From positions 3,008,001 through 3,072,000 of the forward strand of contig OY760183.1 of assembly GCA_963663275.1 (NCBI GenBank): a DNA stretch of 64,000 nucleotides. The letters are read 5' to 3'. The notes below the pieces were generated by a model. The model ran no database searches and had not been told where the DNA came from. It worked only from the letters and a program-made list of their open reading frames with translations. The stretch is from Chloroflexota bacterium (lineage in GTDB: Bacteria; Chloroflexota; UBA11872; VXOZ01). Each line of letters begins with the position of its first letter. Position 1 is the first letter of the stretch. This document shows, in pieces, positions 29,855 through 39,298 of this stretch. Position numbers and translations under genes: made by a program.

Positions 29855-31012
29855 TCACACCACGGCCAGCGCGCGCAATTGGCTCACGATGCCGGGCAGC
29901 AATTCCAGCACGTGTTCGATCTCGTCCGGCGTATTGCGGTGGCCGACGCTCAGGCGCAGCGCGCCCCGCGCCCGGTGCACGGGCACACCCATCGCTTGCA
30001 GCACGTGCGAAGGCTCCAACGAGGTAGCGGAGCAGGCGGAACCGGCGGAGGCGCAGACGCCGTGCAGGTCGAGATTCAGGAGCACGCTCTCGCCCTCGAC
30101 GTTGGCGAACGTAAAGCTGGCAATGTGCGGCAGGCGCGCGGTGGGATGCCCGGTAGACTCCGCGATCTCGATGCGCTCACAGACGCCCTCCAGCAAGCGG
30201 TCGCGCAGCGCCTGGCAGTGGGCGTTGCGTTCCTCCCGGTGGGCCTGCGCCAGCGTGAGCGCCTTTGCCATGCCAATGGCGTAGGGCACGTTCTCGGTGC
30301 CGGAGCGCCGGTTGCGTTCCTGTCCGCCGCCCTGCACCAGGGGAATGAGCGGCGTGCCCCGCCGGGCGAACAGCGCGCCTACGCCCTTGGGCCCGTAGAA
30401 CTTGTGCGCGGCGATGGACATCAGGTCAATGTCGAGATCTTCCACGTCCAACTCCATGCAGCCGGTCGCTTGCACGGCGTCGGTGTGCGTGACGATGTCC
30501 TCATTCCGTTCCCGCGCCAACGCAATGGCTTCCCGCAGCGGCTCGATCGTGCCGACCTCGTTGTTGGCGATCATCATGCTGAGCAGGATCGTGTCGGGGC
30601 GCACCGCCGCGCGCAGGGCGTCCAAGTCTGCCATGCCGTAGTTGTCCACCGGCAGGTAGGTGACCTCGAATCCTTCCTGCTCCAACCGCTGGCAGGTGTG
30701 CAGCACGGCGTGGTGTTCGATCTGGGTCGTAATAACGTGCCGACCCTCGTCGCGCCGGGCGTACGCCACGCCTTTCAAGGCCAGATTCGCGCCCTCGCTG
30801 CCGCTGCCGGTGAAGACGATCTCGTTGGGGCTGCACAGGAAGACGTCCGCGATGTCCTCCCGCGCCTCTTCCAGCGCCTGCTTGGCCCGCCGCGCGATGC
30901 CGTAGATGCCGGAAGGATTGCCCCACTGCTCCGTGAGAGAGGGGAGCATGGCGTCGAGCACGGCCGGATCCACCGGCGTGGTCGCGGCGTGGTCGAGGAA
31001 GGTTATGTCCAT
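29855..31012 (-). CDS. iscS: Cysteine desulfurase (IscS/NifS group I)
   Basis: LDHAATT, GNPS, NNEVGT, HTDAVQ, AHKFYGPKG, SAGSAC. Confidence 0.93.
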   Translation of the reverse strand: MDITFLDHAATTPVDPAVLDAMLPSLTEQWGNPSGIYGIARRAKQALEEAREDIADVFLCSPNEIVFTGSGSEGANLALKGVAYARRDEGRHVITTQIEHHAVLHTCQRLEQEGFEVTYLPVDNYGMADLDALRAAVRPDTILLSMMIANNEVGTIEPLREAIALARERNEDIVTHTDAVQATGCMELDVEDLDIDLMSIAAHKFYGPKGVGALFARRGTPLIPLVQGGGQERNRRSGTENVPYAIGMAKALTLAQAHREERNAHCQALRDRLLEGVCERIEIAESTGHPTARLPHIASFTFANVEGESVLLNLDLHGVCASAGSACSATSLEPSHVLQAMGVPVHRARGALRLSVGHRNTPDEIEHVLELLPGIVSQLRALAVV

Positions 31013-31094
31013 CTTTAAGCAGGCTTTCAGTTGCGGCAACGGCGCGACCGCACCGAATTTCCCATCGTGCAGAATGCCCGTCTAGACACTGCGC

Positions 31095-31595
31095 CTAGCC
31101 AAAGGCGCCCTGCAGATAAGCCAGCAGGAGTCCTTGAATTGCCACTATCAGCGTGGCCGCGACTACCACGATACCGCCCAAGCGTATCGTCATGCGGTAT
31201 TCCGATTCGCGCACTTCTGCTTTGGTGGCCATTTCCGCGCGCACAGAGGCTATGTCTTCTTTCGTCGCCATGACTTGGTACACGGCAGCTATGTCATCTT
31301 TGGTTGCCATCTCCGCGCGCATGGCTGTCATCTCCGCGCGCACGGCGGCCAGATCGGCTTTAGTCGCCATCTCCGCGCGCACGGCGGCCAAGTCATCTTT
31401 GGTCACCATCTCCGCGCGCACGGCGGCCAGGTCGGCTTTGGTTGCCATGACTTCGCGAATGGCGGCGAGGTCTGACTTGGTTGCCAAGTCCTCATGCTCT
31501 TCGCCGACCACGTCAACCAGGGCTTCCGCCTGATCTTCCGGAAAACCCGCGCCCTTAAGCGTCTTTACCGCCTTGTAAGTATCCATTCGCGGCAT
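31095..31595 (-). CDS. CCDC90/DUF1640-like protein with 11-aa tandem repeats
   Basis: DTYKAVKTL..AGFPEDQAEAL head; about 7 ATK.D.A.VRAEM units; C-terminal TM. Confidence 0.8.
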   Translation of the reverse strand: MPRMDTYKAVKTLKGAGFPEDQAEALVDVVGEEHEDLATKSDLAAIREVMATKADLAAVRAEMVTKDDLAAVRAEMATKADLAAVRAEMTAMRAEMATKDDIAAVYQVMATKEDIASVRAEMATKAEVRESEYRMTIRLGGIVVVAATLIVAIQGLLLAYLQGAFG

Positions 31596-31840
31596 CGTTC
31601 GTTGCCATCCCTCCATTCGCGCCACACCGCCCCGCCAGCGGTTAGCCATGCCCCGCACGTGCGGCCACGTGTGTACGATGCGCAACTAGGACAATGCGTA
31701 CTTCGATTATAGTATCCGCCTATGCCGTTGCCAACCCAGAGAGTAGAATCCGAAATTGTCGCAGCGAGCCGTGGGGTCTCTGCCCCCGGATAAGTTGCCA
31801 GCGATTGCCGCCGAACCGGCCGCAGGCAAATCAGGAGGCG

Positions 31841-32650
31841 CTAGATGCCGGCGATGTCCCGCCGCCGGAAGATGAGCACGGCGGCCGCCAGAAAGACGAG
31901 GCTCGCGCCAAGCAGCACGCCGGAATCCTGAAAAGCAAGATCTTCTTTCAGGGTTGCCAGCGGATCGAAGTAGTTGAACGGCCCAACATAGCGGTAATCG
32001 TAGAGGCCTTCCACAATGCCGGTCATGGCGTCGAAGAAATAGGCCCCAACCGCGAACACGGCCCCGATGACGCCGGCCAGGCGGCGCGACGGCAGCAAGG
32101 CGGAGAGGAAGAGCGAAAAGCAATAGAAGAGCGCGCCCATGCCAAACGTGTTGAGCATGACAACGGCCAGCCGGTCGAACGCCAACGCGGCGCCCTCCAC
32201 GAACCCGGCGCTCACCCAGAGCACGACTCCGATGATTACCAGCACAAGCGCCAGGCTCACAAGCGTCGCGATCGCCTTTTGCAGAACTACCTGGCTGCGC
32301 GCTATGGGCAGGGAGAGGAGTGTGTCCATGGTGCCGCGTTCTTCCTCGCCGCGCAGCGCGCCGGTGCCCTCGATGATGGCGAAAATCGCCAGAATCAGCG
32401 GCAGGATGATCAGGTACTGCGACACCAGATAGCCCTCGAATTCGGTGAGGGAAAGCACGCCGCCCGTGAACGCCTTGTATGCGTCCGGCAGGTTTTCCAT
32501 CGCCTCTTCGAGATCGGCGCCGGCCTCCGCGAACGTGGGATAGATCGCCATCATCAGCAGCGCCAGCGCGCCCAGTCCCAGGCCGTAGGCCAGCACGGGA
32601 ATGCGCTGATCGCGCAGCGTCTTAAGCAGAAGGTTCCGCAGCATGGCCAT
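31841..32650 (-). CDS. ABC-2 type transporter permease
   Basis: EEERGTMDTLLSLPIAR; about 6 TM. Confidence 0.88.
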   Translation of the reverse strand: MAMLRNLLLKTLRDQRIPVLAYGLGLGALALLMMAIYPTFAEAGADLEEAMENLPDAYKAFTGGVLSLTEFEGYLVSQYLIILPLILAIFAIIEGTGALRGEEERGTMDTLLSLPIARSQVVLQKAIATLVSLALVLVIIGVVLWVSAGFVEGAALAFDRLAVVMLNTFGMGALFYCFSLFLSALLPSRRLAGVIGAVFAVGAYFFDAMTGIVEGLYDYRYVGPFNYFDPLATLKEDLAFQDSGVLLGASLVFLAAAVLIFRRRDIAGI

Positions 32651-33578
32651 CCTCGCGGGTGTCGTAGTACTGGAGGAAGATGTCCTCCAGGCGTCGTTCC
32701 TGGTACTCGATGTCCACCACCGTGTAGCGCGCCGCTTCCTTGAGCGCCCCGGCAAGATTGCTCTGCACCAGCGCCACCACCGTAGCGCCCTCCTGGGATT
32801 CCTTCTGCACGCCGGGCACCGCCGTGAGGAAGTCCGCGGGCGGCGGTTCGCCGAATTCCAGCCGCAGCCTGCGCACCTGCTTCTCCTGAATCGCTTCCAG
32901 GGTGTCGCTCAAGATGAGTGAGCCGTCGCGGATGACGCCCACCCGGTCGCAGATGCGTTCCACCTCGTCCAGGTAGTGGCTGGAGAAGAAAACCGTGCCG
33001 CCCTGCTGGCGGTACTCCTCCAAAATGCCGTAGAGTTCCTGCTGCATGAGGGGGTCGAGGCCGCTGGTGGCCTCGTCGAAGAGCACCAAGTCGGGCCGGT
33101 GCATCAGCGCCTGGAGCACGCCGATCTTCTGCTTGTTGCCCCGCGAAAGCGTGCCGATGCGCCGGTCGAGTGCCGCGTTCAGACGTTCGGCCAACTCGTG
33201 CGCGTAGGTCAGGTCCGCCACGCCGCGCACGGACCCGAAGAAGCGCAGCAGTTGCCTGCCGGTCAGATTGTCGTACATGCGCAGTTCGCCGGGCAGAAAG
33301 CCGACGCGGGCGCGGATGGCCTTCGACTGGCCCCGCGAGTCCATGCCAAGAATTGTCGCCGAGCCACGCGAGGCGCGGATGAAGTCGAGGAGCAGGCGTA
33401 CCGTGGTCGTCTTGCCCGCGCCGTTGGGGCCCACGAAACCGTAGATTTCGCCGCGCCGCACCTCGAGATCAAGGTCGACCACACCGCGGCTCTTGCCATA
33501 GTACTTCGTTAGCTGCCGCGTTTCAATCGCCAGTTCCGATGCCACGGGCGGCGTCCTCTCCGCGTTCACTCTTGCCAC
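32622..33578 (-). CDS. ABC transporter ATP-binding protein
   Basis: GPNGAGKTT, LSRGNKQK, DEATSGLDP, SSH. Confidence 0.93.
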   Translation of the reverse strand: MARVNAERTPPVASELAIETRQLTKYYGKSRGVVDLDLEVRRGEIYGFVGPNGAGKTTTVRLLLDFIRASRGSATILGMDSRGQSKAIRARVGFLPGELRMYDNLTGRQLLRFFGSVRGVADLTYAHELAERLNAALDRRIGTLSRGNKQKIGVLQALMHRPDLVLFDEATSGLDPLMQQELYGILEEYRQQGGTVFFSSHYLDEVERICDRVGVIRDGSLILSDTLEAIQEKQVRRLRLEFGEPPPADFLTAVPGVQKESQEGATVVALVQSNLAGALKEAARYTVVDIEYQERRLEDIFLQYYDTREDGHAAEPSA

Positions 33579-33929
33579 GGGCAGCTGGGCGGAAACACGT
33601 CCCGGTTAACCCGCTTACGCCCTGGCGTTGAGGCTCGATTCGTGGGTACTATAACATACGATGAGTGCGCGGGCTAGTATACTGTAAAGGGAGCGCGGCG
33701 CGGCCGGTTGCGAAAAGCCGGCGCGCCGCCGGGCCGGCCCTCCCGGCACGCTGGGAGCGCACTGGCTCTTGACTGCGCTTGCGAGCGCGAAACGCACACC
33801 GCTTAAGGCACTTCTCAGGTTGCGCGTATAGAATGGAGCGCGGCCAGACCGGTGAAACCGCCGCTCGACGCGGGCGGCAGGCACGGGCAAGAGTGGGTTC
33901 CAAGACGCGCGGCAACGGAGGTTTGCGCA

Positions 33930-34778
33930 ATGACTAATCTGGATAGACGAGCCTGGATCGGCATCTCCGCCCTAGCGGTGGGCGTGGTCATTCTGCTCAT
34001 CGTGATCTTTGCTTCCGTCCGCAACGCGGGCCAGCAGTTCCTCAACCTCTTCCGCGTCGAACAGGCGCAGACGATACAACTCACGCAAGAGTTCCTGGAT
34101 TCCCTGCCGGAGCCGGACAGCGAGATTATCCAGTGGGTGCAGGAGCCGTCCGATGAGTTCGAACCGCGTGAAGTTTCGCTTGAAGATGCCGAAGAGGAAC
34201 TCGGCTTCCGCTTGGCGCGGCTGACCGAGCCGCCGGACGTTCTCCAGACGGAGCCGGAAGTCTGGCTTACCGAAGCGGATGAAGCCACCTTTACGCTGGA
34301 CCTGCCCGGCGTGCGCAACTACATCTGGGCATTGGGCGGCGACGGCGCTATGCTCCCCGATAGCCTGGAAGGCGCGGTCTTCCGCGTCACCATGCCCCAG
34401 GTAGGGATGCTCTACTACGCAGCGAAAGACAACCCCGACCAGGGCGTGCGTCTCTTCCAGACCACCAGCCCCACGCTCGCGGTCCCTGACGGCATCGACA
34501 TGGACGCCATTCGCGACGAACTCCTGGAACTGGACATCCTGCCCCCGGAACTGGCCGCGCAACTGCGAGCGATAGAGGATTGGGAGAGCACCCTGCCGCT
34601 GCCGCTGGTGGAAGGCATGTCCGAGGAAGTAAGCGTTGGCTCCGCGACCGCGGTGCGGTTCTTCAACGTGGACGACGAAGACCGTATGCTCGTCTGGGTC
34701 GCTCAAAACCGTATCCACGTGCTGAGCACGAATGTGCCCGACCTGGACCTGGCCGCGCTGGCGGAGAGCGTCGAGTAG
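33930..34778 (+). CDS. Membrane-anchored exported hypothetical protein
   Basis: N-terminal TM, acidic extracellular domain, GGAGG RBS; resembles anti-sigma extracytoplasmic domains. Confidence 0.65.
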   Translation: MTNLDRRAWIGISALAVGVVILLIVIFASVRNAGQQFLNLFRVEQAQTIQLTQEFLDSLPEPDSEIIQWVQEPSDEFEPREVSLEDAEEELGFRLARLTEPPDVLQTEPEVWLTEADEATFTLDLPGVRNYIWALGGDGAMLPDSLEGAVFRVTMPQVGMLYYAAKDNPDQGVRLFQTTSPTLAVPDGIDMDAIRDELLELDILPPELAAQLRAIEDWESTLPLPLVEGMSEEVSVGSATAVRFFNVDDEDRMLVWVAQNRIHVLSTNVPDLDLAALAESVE

Positions 34779-34817
34779 GACTCTAGTGGGGTTGGATAGG
34801 GAGATCCCCTAGGTCCT

Positions 34818-35360
34818 AATCCACGATTTCGAGCGAACCACATCGTGATACTGTGCAAACCATACCGTGAAGTCGAACGACCCGTACCGTTCGCCCTGAG
34901 CATCGTCGAAGGGTGAACGGTAGGGGAAAACGGGCAAAAGTTTCCAAAGCGCCGCCCTCTCCGTTCATGCTTCGACAGGCTCAGCACGAACGGAGAGAGG
35001 CGCCCTGACCCTTATCCACGATAACGTGCGAACCATTCCGCGTAGATGAACGAAGCATTTCCCGTAGACGAGCGACCCCTACCGTGACGACGAACGACCC
35101 ATCCCGTTCGCCCTGAGCATCGTCGAAGGGTGAACGGTACGGGTAATCAGTAAGAGTTCCCAAGACGCCGCTCTTTCCGTTCGTGCTGAGCCTGTCGAAG
35201 CATGAACGGAAAGAGCGGCGTACATTACACTGGGAATAAACAGGACAAGACTCCGTCGTTGCCTCACCCAGTCCGTCATTCCCGCTCACTCAGTCCGTCA
35301 CTCCGGCGCAAGCCGGAATCCAGCTTCCGCTCGCGTCACGGATTCCCTCCCGCGCGGGAT
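34818..35360. repeat. Diverged ~200-bp tandem duplication built from family-B palindromes, followed by GTCATTCC-type palindromes
   Basis: ATCCACGAT..GCGAACCA and TACCGTGA..CGAACGACCC..CCGTTCGCCCTGAGCATCGTCGAAGGGTGAACGGTA each occur twice. Confidence 0.75.
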
Positions 35361-35433
35361 GCGCCGACCGCCTGCATTAAGGTACCCTGATGCCGGTAGA
35401 TTATGTCCGCTCATCTTGGAAGAGGAGACCTCA

Positions 35434-36108
35434 ATGAATTACGAGATTCTGCACCGGCCGTCGTACGCGCTGTTGAAGGTTGACCTAGCCGCCGGTGAGA
35501 GCGTGAGCGCCGAATCCGGCGCGATGGTCAGCATGTCCGACGGCATTGAGATCGAAACCAGTATGCGCGGCGGCCTCTTGGGCGGATTGAAGCGCAAGGT
35601 CCTGGGCGGCGAGTCGTTCTTCGTGAACACATTCAACGCTTCGCAAGACGGCGAGGTGAACTTCGCCCCCAGCCTGCCCGGCGACGTCTACGCGGTGGAA
35701 CTGCGCGGCGAGACCATCTACGCGCAATCCGGGGCCTACATCGCCTCCACCGCCGGCATCGACGTGGACACCTCCTGGGGCGGCGCCAAGACCTTCTTCT
35801 CCGGCGAAGGCTTCTTCATGCTCAAGATCAGTGGCAGCGGCACGGTCTTCCTCTCCAGTTATGGCGCGATTCACGAAGTCGAACTGGCGGCCGGCCAGAC
35901 CTACACCGTGGATACCGGTCACATGGTCTCTTTCGCCGAAGGCGTGGGCTACAACGTGCGGCGCGTGGGCGGAATGAAGTCCACCTTCTTCAGCGGCGAA
36001 GGCCTGGTGGTGGAACTCACCGGCCCCGGCACGATCACCATCCAATCCCGCAGCACCGACGCCCTGCTGGCATGGCTCATACCCCACCTGCCAGACAAGT
36101 CGGGATAA
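35434..36108 (+). CDS. AIM24 (TIGR00266) family protein
   Basis: AESGAMV, GGESFF.N.F, FSGEGFF, VDTGHMV, SGEGLV..LTGPG. Confidence 0.92.
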   Translation: MNYEILHRPSYALLKVDLAAGESVSAESGAMVSMSDGIEIETSMRGGLLGGLKRKVLGGESFFVNTFNASQDGEVNFAPSLPGDVYAVELRGETIYAQSGAYIASTAGIDVDTSWGGAKTFFSGEGFFMLKISGSGTVFLSSYGAIHEVELAAGQTYTVDTGHMVSFAEGVGYNVRRVGGMKSTFFSGEGLVVELTGPGTITIQSRSTDALLAWLIPHLPDKSG

Positions 36109-37375
36109 CGGCAGACTCTTCAAAACTGTCCTCCAGACAAGCTGGGTTCCGTTCAACGGATCCGTCGAGTACGCGGCTAAGCGCCAAAGAGATAGGGAAG
36201 ACTTCCTACTAACGTAGGGACTCTTGATGTTGTTGATAGAGTGCGCAGGCCATGTGTGCCCAGAAGATTGGCAAAGGCTCAGGCCGACGAACATTGAGAT
36301 TGTGCCCAAGGCTGGCATGTCAGACGCTCCCGCGCTACTTCAACGCTGAGACTAGAAGACCCATGCCCTTCGCCAGGCAGCAAAGGCCTGCCTCTCGGGT
36401 TTCCGTATGTCAGTATTTGCGCTTCAGGCGCCCCTGGTTACGGATACTCACTTAGAGTCATTGCAAGCCGCGGTAGATCGTGGCACGAGATTGCCCTGAC
36501 CGATGGTCGCAAGAGCGTGCAGTCTGATACAATGCACATTAGGGACATTGGAGCGGCAGTAAAGAAAGGAGTGGCTACTAGCGCATAACATCAATAGCTG
36601 CTGGTGTCTCTGCATCCTTATTGACACCCCTTGCATGCGAAGTCCAATTCATAAAACCGTGGGAGATTCTTCCCTCCGTTTTAGCGAAAGGACGCGCGAT
36701 GCCCAGCGGAAATGTAACTGACCGCAAGCCCATATATAGAATTATAGATTTGTGGCGAAAGATCGTGCCGGGTAATGCTGTGGGCACTTCGAAGTGTAAC
36801 CCAGAGCCGCTTCTGAAGAGAGTGCGCAATAACAATATAATGACGTTCATTTGGGAGCACAAGATGGGCTGCATATGTTTTCTGGAATTTGTTCTCCTAA
36901 TGTTGGATGTATTTGACAGGTTCAAGTAAGAATCGGTGGTAGAGCCCGTTAATCCGGGAGCCATTGAGTACGCCTTGAACCAATTTTGGACGCGCTTCAA
37001 CCGCGGGCGCTGATGGAAAGTGCTTCGCAAAGCAAGGGTACGATAGGTCGAGGGCCGCCGAGCTTGGAGCATTCAATGTCCCAGGCAAGGCGGCTCTTGG
37101 CGTCGGTAGGCGCGCCGGCTGTCTGCTCTCTGTTTTGGGGGCAAGCCCCTAACTCTCAACGTAAAGGCAAGTCGTGTAGAGTGCTGCGGAGGACACTCCC
37201 GGTTCTCAGGGAAGGCAATGACCTCGGCCGCGCTCGTGCCGACATCCTAGCTGTCCACCGTGGGTAGCTACGTTGTCTTCGCGCACCTGTAGACTGACGT
37301 TCTCTGTGAGTACCTCAGATCGTATCCTGCGCGCGGTCAATTATGCCCTTTTGCCAATGAACTGGCTAAAGACGC

Positions 37376-37404
37376 TTGCGCATGGGGCAACACTGTGCTA
37401 AAAT
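37376..37404 (+). promoter_or_regulatory. Sigma70 promoter with extended -10
   Basis: TTGCGC-17-(TG)cTAAAAT. Confidence 0.55.
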
Positions 37405-37407
37405 CCC

Positions 37408-37567
37408 TACGGATAAGCAAAGTCCAGAAGGAGGTGTGCTATGGTTTAGCAAACGGCATTGGAATTTTTGAAGTGTGAAGAAACATTTAAATTCCAATCT
37501 TTCTGAACAGCGGAATCAAGCAAAGCACTAGCACCTGTCGGTGCTTTTTTTAATTTTGCTTACCGTA
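37408..37567 (+). ncRNA. Candidate structured RNA / leader upstream of HEPN gene
   Basis: 5' arm TACGGATAAGCAAAG pairs with TTTGCTTACCGTA; internal ATTGGAATTT/AAATTCCAAT stem; strong SD followed by ATG-GTT-TAG; terminator. Confidence 0.45.
37530..37551 (+). terminator. Intrinsic terminator between promoter and HEPN gene
   Basis: AGCACC-TGTC-GGTGCT followed by T-tract. Confidence 0.75.
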
Positions 37568-37587
37568 TGGCAAGGAGTGTATTTGCC

Positions 37588-38076
37588 ATGGCCACAATTC
37601 GAAACCGTTCTACGCTGAGTTCTGACCTTCTCTTGGACGAGGCGCTAAGGGCGTGCCAACGGGGCCTCGCGAAGTACTGCTCACGCAAGTTGGTGCCGCC
37701 TTACTTTCGGCCCGATGAACTTGGCGATTTCGTGTTCGCTGTCGTCGGTCATCGATTGAATTTCCGGGGCTCCGATCCGGACCGCCTTTTCGAGCGCATG
37801 GATGAGGACTCCCTCCTCATGTTCATTGATAAGGCAGACTGGAGGATGGCCGATTTCTTCAGTGAGTTGACCCATTACGAGAGAGGGTTTGTCAAGAGCC
37901 TGCTCGTCCAGACCCGCTACTTTCGCGGCCTCTATGCTCACCGGCAGGAGATTCCGATAGACGACCAAGAATACTTCCTTGCAGGGCTCATTCGCCTACT
38001 GAGGATGGTTGAGGCGCACGAGGAAGCGGTTGAGGTCGAAGGCATTCGGATGAGGGCTAGGAGCGCGTCTCACTGA
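37588..38076 (+). CDS. Stand-alone Swt1-like HEPN domain protein (putative RNase)
   Basis: D..LL.FI...W...F..L...ER..V..L...R..RGLYAH..I..DD....L....RLL pattern with RxxxxH motif; AAGGAG RBS. Confidence 0.7.
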   Translation: MATIRNRSTLSSDLLLDEALRACQRGLAKYCSRKLVPPYFRPDELGDFVFAVVGHRLNFRGSDPDRLFERMDEDSLLMFIDKADWRMADFFSELTHYERGFVKSLLVQTRYFRGLYAHRQEIPIDDQEYFLAGLIRLLRMVEAHEEAVEVEGIRMRARSASH

Positions 38077-38369
38077 GAAGCTAGCCGTTGGCGCCGGTTG
38101 AGAGGGCACTAACGACTGCCGGTTTCCTCGTAGGCTAGAGGCCAACGGGCAAAAGGCCGTCGCGATTGGATCAATTGGTGATCCGGGCGCGGCGGCCATT
38201 TGCGTCTGTAGCGGGCGCGTCGGCTGCCCGCCCTTTGTTCATGGGCAAGCCAGATCAGCTTAAGGCTTGAGTAACCGGTGTTTGGCGCCCCAGAGAACGT
38301 CCCATTGCTTGAGGAGAGTGCTCCAAGTCGGTGTCGCGTTCAGTGCAAATTCTGAGTAGCGGCGTTCGG

Positions 38370-38615
38370 CTACAGTTCCGTTTCTAAGGTTCTGGCATGC
38401 GTGAGGTCTGCACCGGTTACGGGACGCGCCTGTGAGGGCAGAACCGTTGCAATGGCCACGGTCTCGCCGTCCAAGAACATGAACTCCACCACGAAGGCCT
38501 CGCTGCCGGGGTGCACGTGGACGATCGTGCCAACGTCGCCTGGCTGCAATTCCTCTCCGGCATCGCCAGAAACGGCAGAGAGGAGTACGATTTGTTCGTG
38601 CTCCTTGACTACTAT
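38370..38615 (-). pseudogene. DUF4926-like protein with ATA in place of a start codon (not in ORF track)
   Basis: IVVKEHEQIVLL..ELQPGDVGTIVHVHPGSEAFVVEFMFLDGETVAIATVLPSQARP..; GGAGG 8 nt upstream of ATA. Confidence 0.7.
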
Positions 38616-38740
38616 TTCATGTTCCTCCTGGGCTTTGCCGCATTAAGTCTTGAGTATTCGCTGTCCTGTTCAATCCGCCAGCCGGTCACGACGCGCTGGC
38701 CTCGTCCTTCCAGCGTCCTATTCTCACCCTCGTCGTAGTG
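38612..38740 (-). pseudogene. 3' remnant of DUF6883-like partner gene
   Basis: GENRTLEGRGQRVVTGWRIEQDSEYSRLNAAKP resembles the DUF6883 C-terminus; stop overlaps the DUF4926 start. Confidence 0.45.
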
Positions 38741-39047
38741 TCAAGAACTATGGACGGCATGAGAGCAGCATTCGCAACCTCGTGGACTGCGTGATGTACT
38801 GCTATGACATCTGAAGAGTCTGCCAAGGCGCAGCAAGCATCCGATTCGACAGTCTTGGCCACTTGGTTCGACCGCTTGTGCCGTCGTAAAGTGCAAGTGG
38901 CCCATCTTTGGAAGCAAGAAGTGGCAATAGGAGATGTGCGACTGGATACAGCCCCTGAGCGTCAACGACTGAAAGCCTCCATGGATTTTTATCTAAAACC
39001 AAACGGGACTGGCGATACAGCACCAGTCCCGTTCATCTTGTAACGAA

Positions 39048-39287
39048 TCAATCAGTCTGCTGACGCTTCTCCTGTTCCTCTTTCCGCATCGGGTCCAACC
39101 CTGAACGGATTGCAGATAGGCTCCGAGCAAAGCAGTAGGGAATCACGGCTACGCACAAGGCGATAGCGGCAGCGGCGGCCTCCTGCGGGGAACTTTCGGC
39201 AGCAGATACACCGATTGCGAATACCCCACAGCCCGCCAGAGAAGCCAGCAGAGCGAATAGCCAAGCCAGTGAGTTAAGGATACGCAT
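39048..39287 (-). CDS. Small two-TM membrane protein
   Basis: SPQEAAAAAIALCVAVIPYCFAR motif, seen in small phage/island membrane proteins. Confidence 0.65.
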   Translation of the reverse strand: MRILNSLAWLFALLASLAGCGVFAIGVSAAESSPQEAAAAAIALCVAVIPYCFARSLSAIRSGLDPMRKEEQEKRQQTD

Positions 39288-39298
39288 TGAAGCACCGC

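Noticed and set aside
29778-29855. FMN riboswitch before ribD
   Set aside because: Gap is under 80 bp and lacks the RFN consensus
36578-37072. 164-aa minus-strand and 102-aa plus-strand ORFs
   Set aside because: Mutually overlapping, atypical composition, no recognisable domain
37530-37551. GCACC..TCGGTGCTTTTTT resembles the 3' hairpin of SpCas9 tracrRNA
   Set aside because: Only a short terminator-type hairpin matches; no anti-repeat, array or Cas9/IscB gene
37408-37567. Retron msr-msd interpretation of the self-closing RNA
   Set aside because: No reverse transcriptase ORF in the window
38804-39043. 79-aa plus-strand ORF in the islet
   Set aside because: No RBS or recognisable motif, and it overlaps a terminator-like hairpin (~39002-39032); cannot be supported
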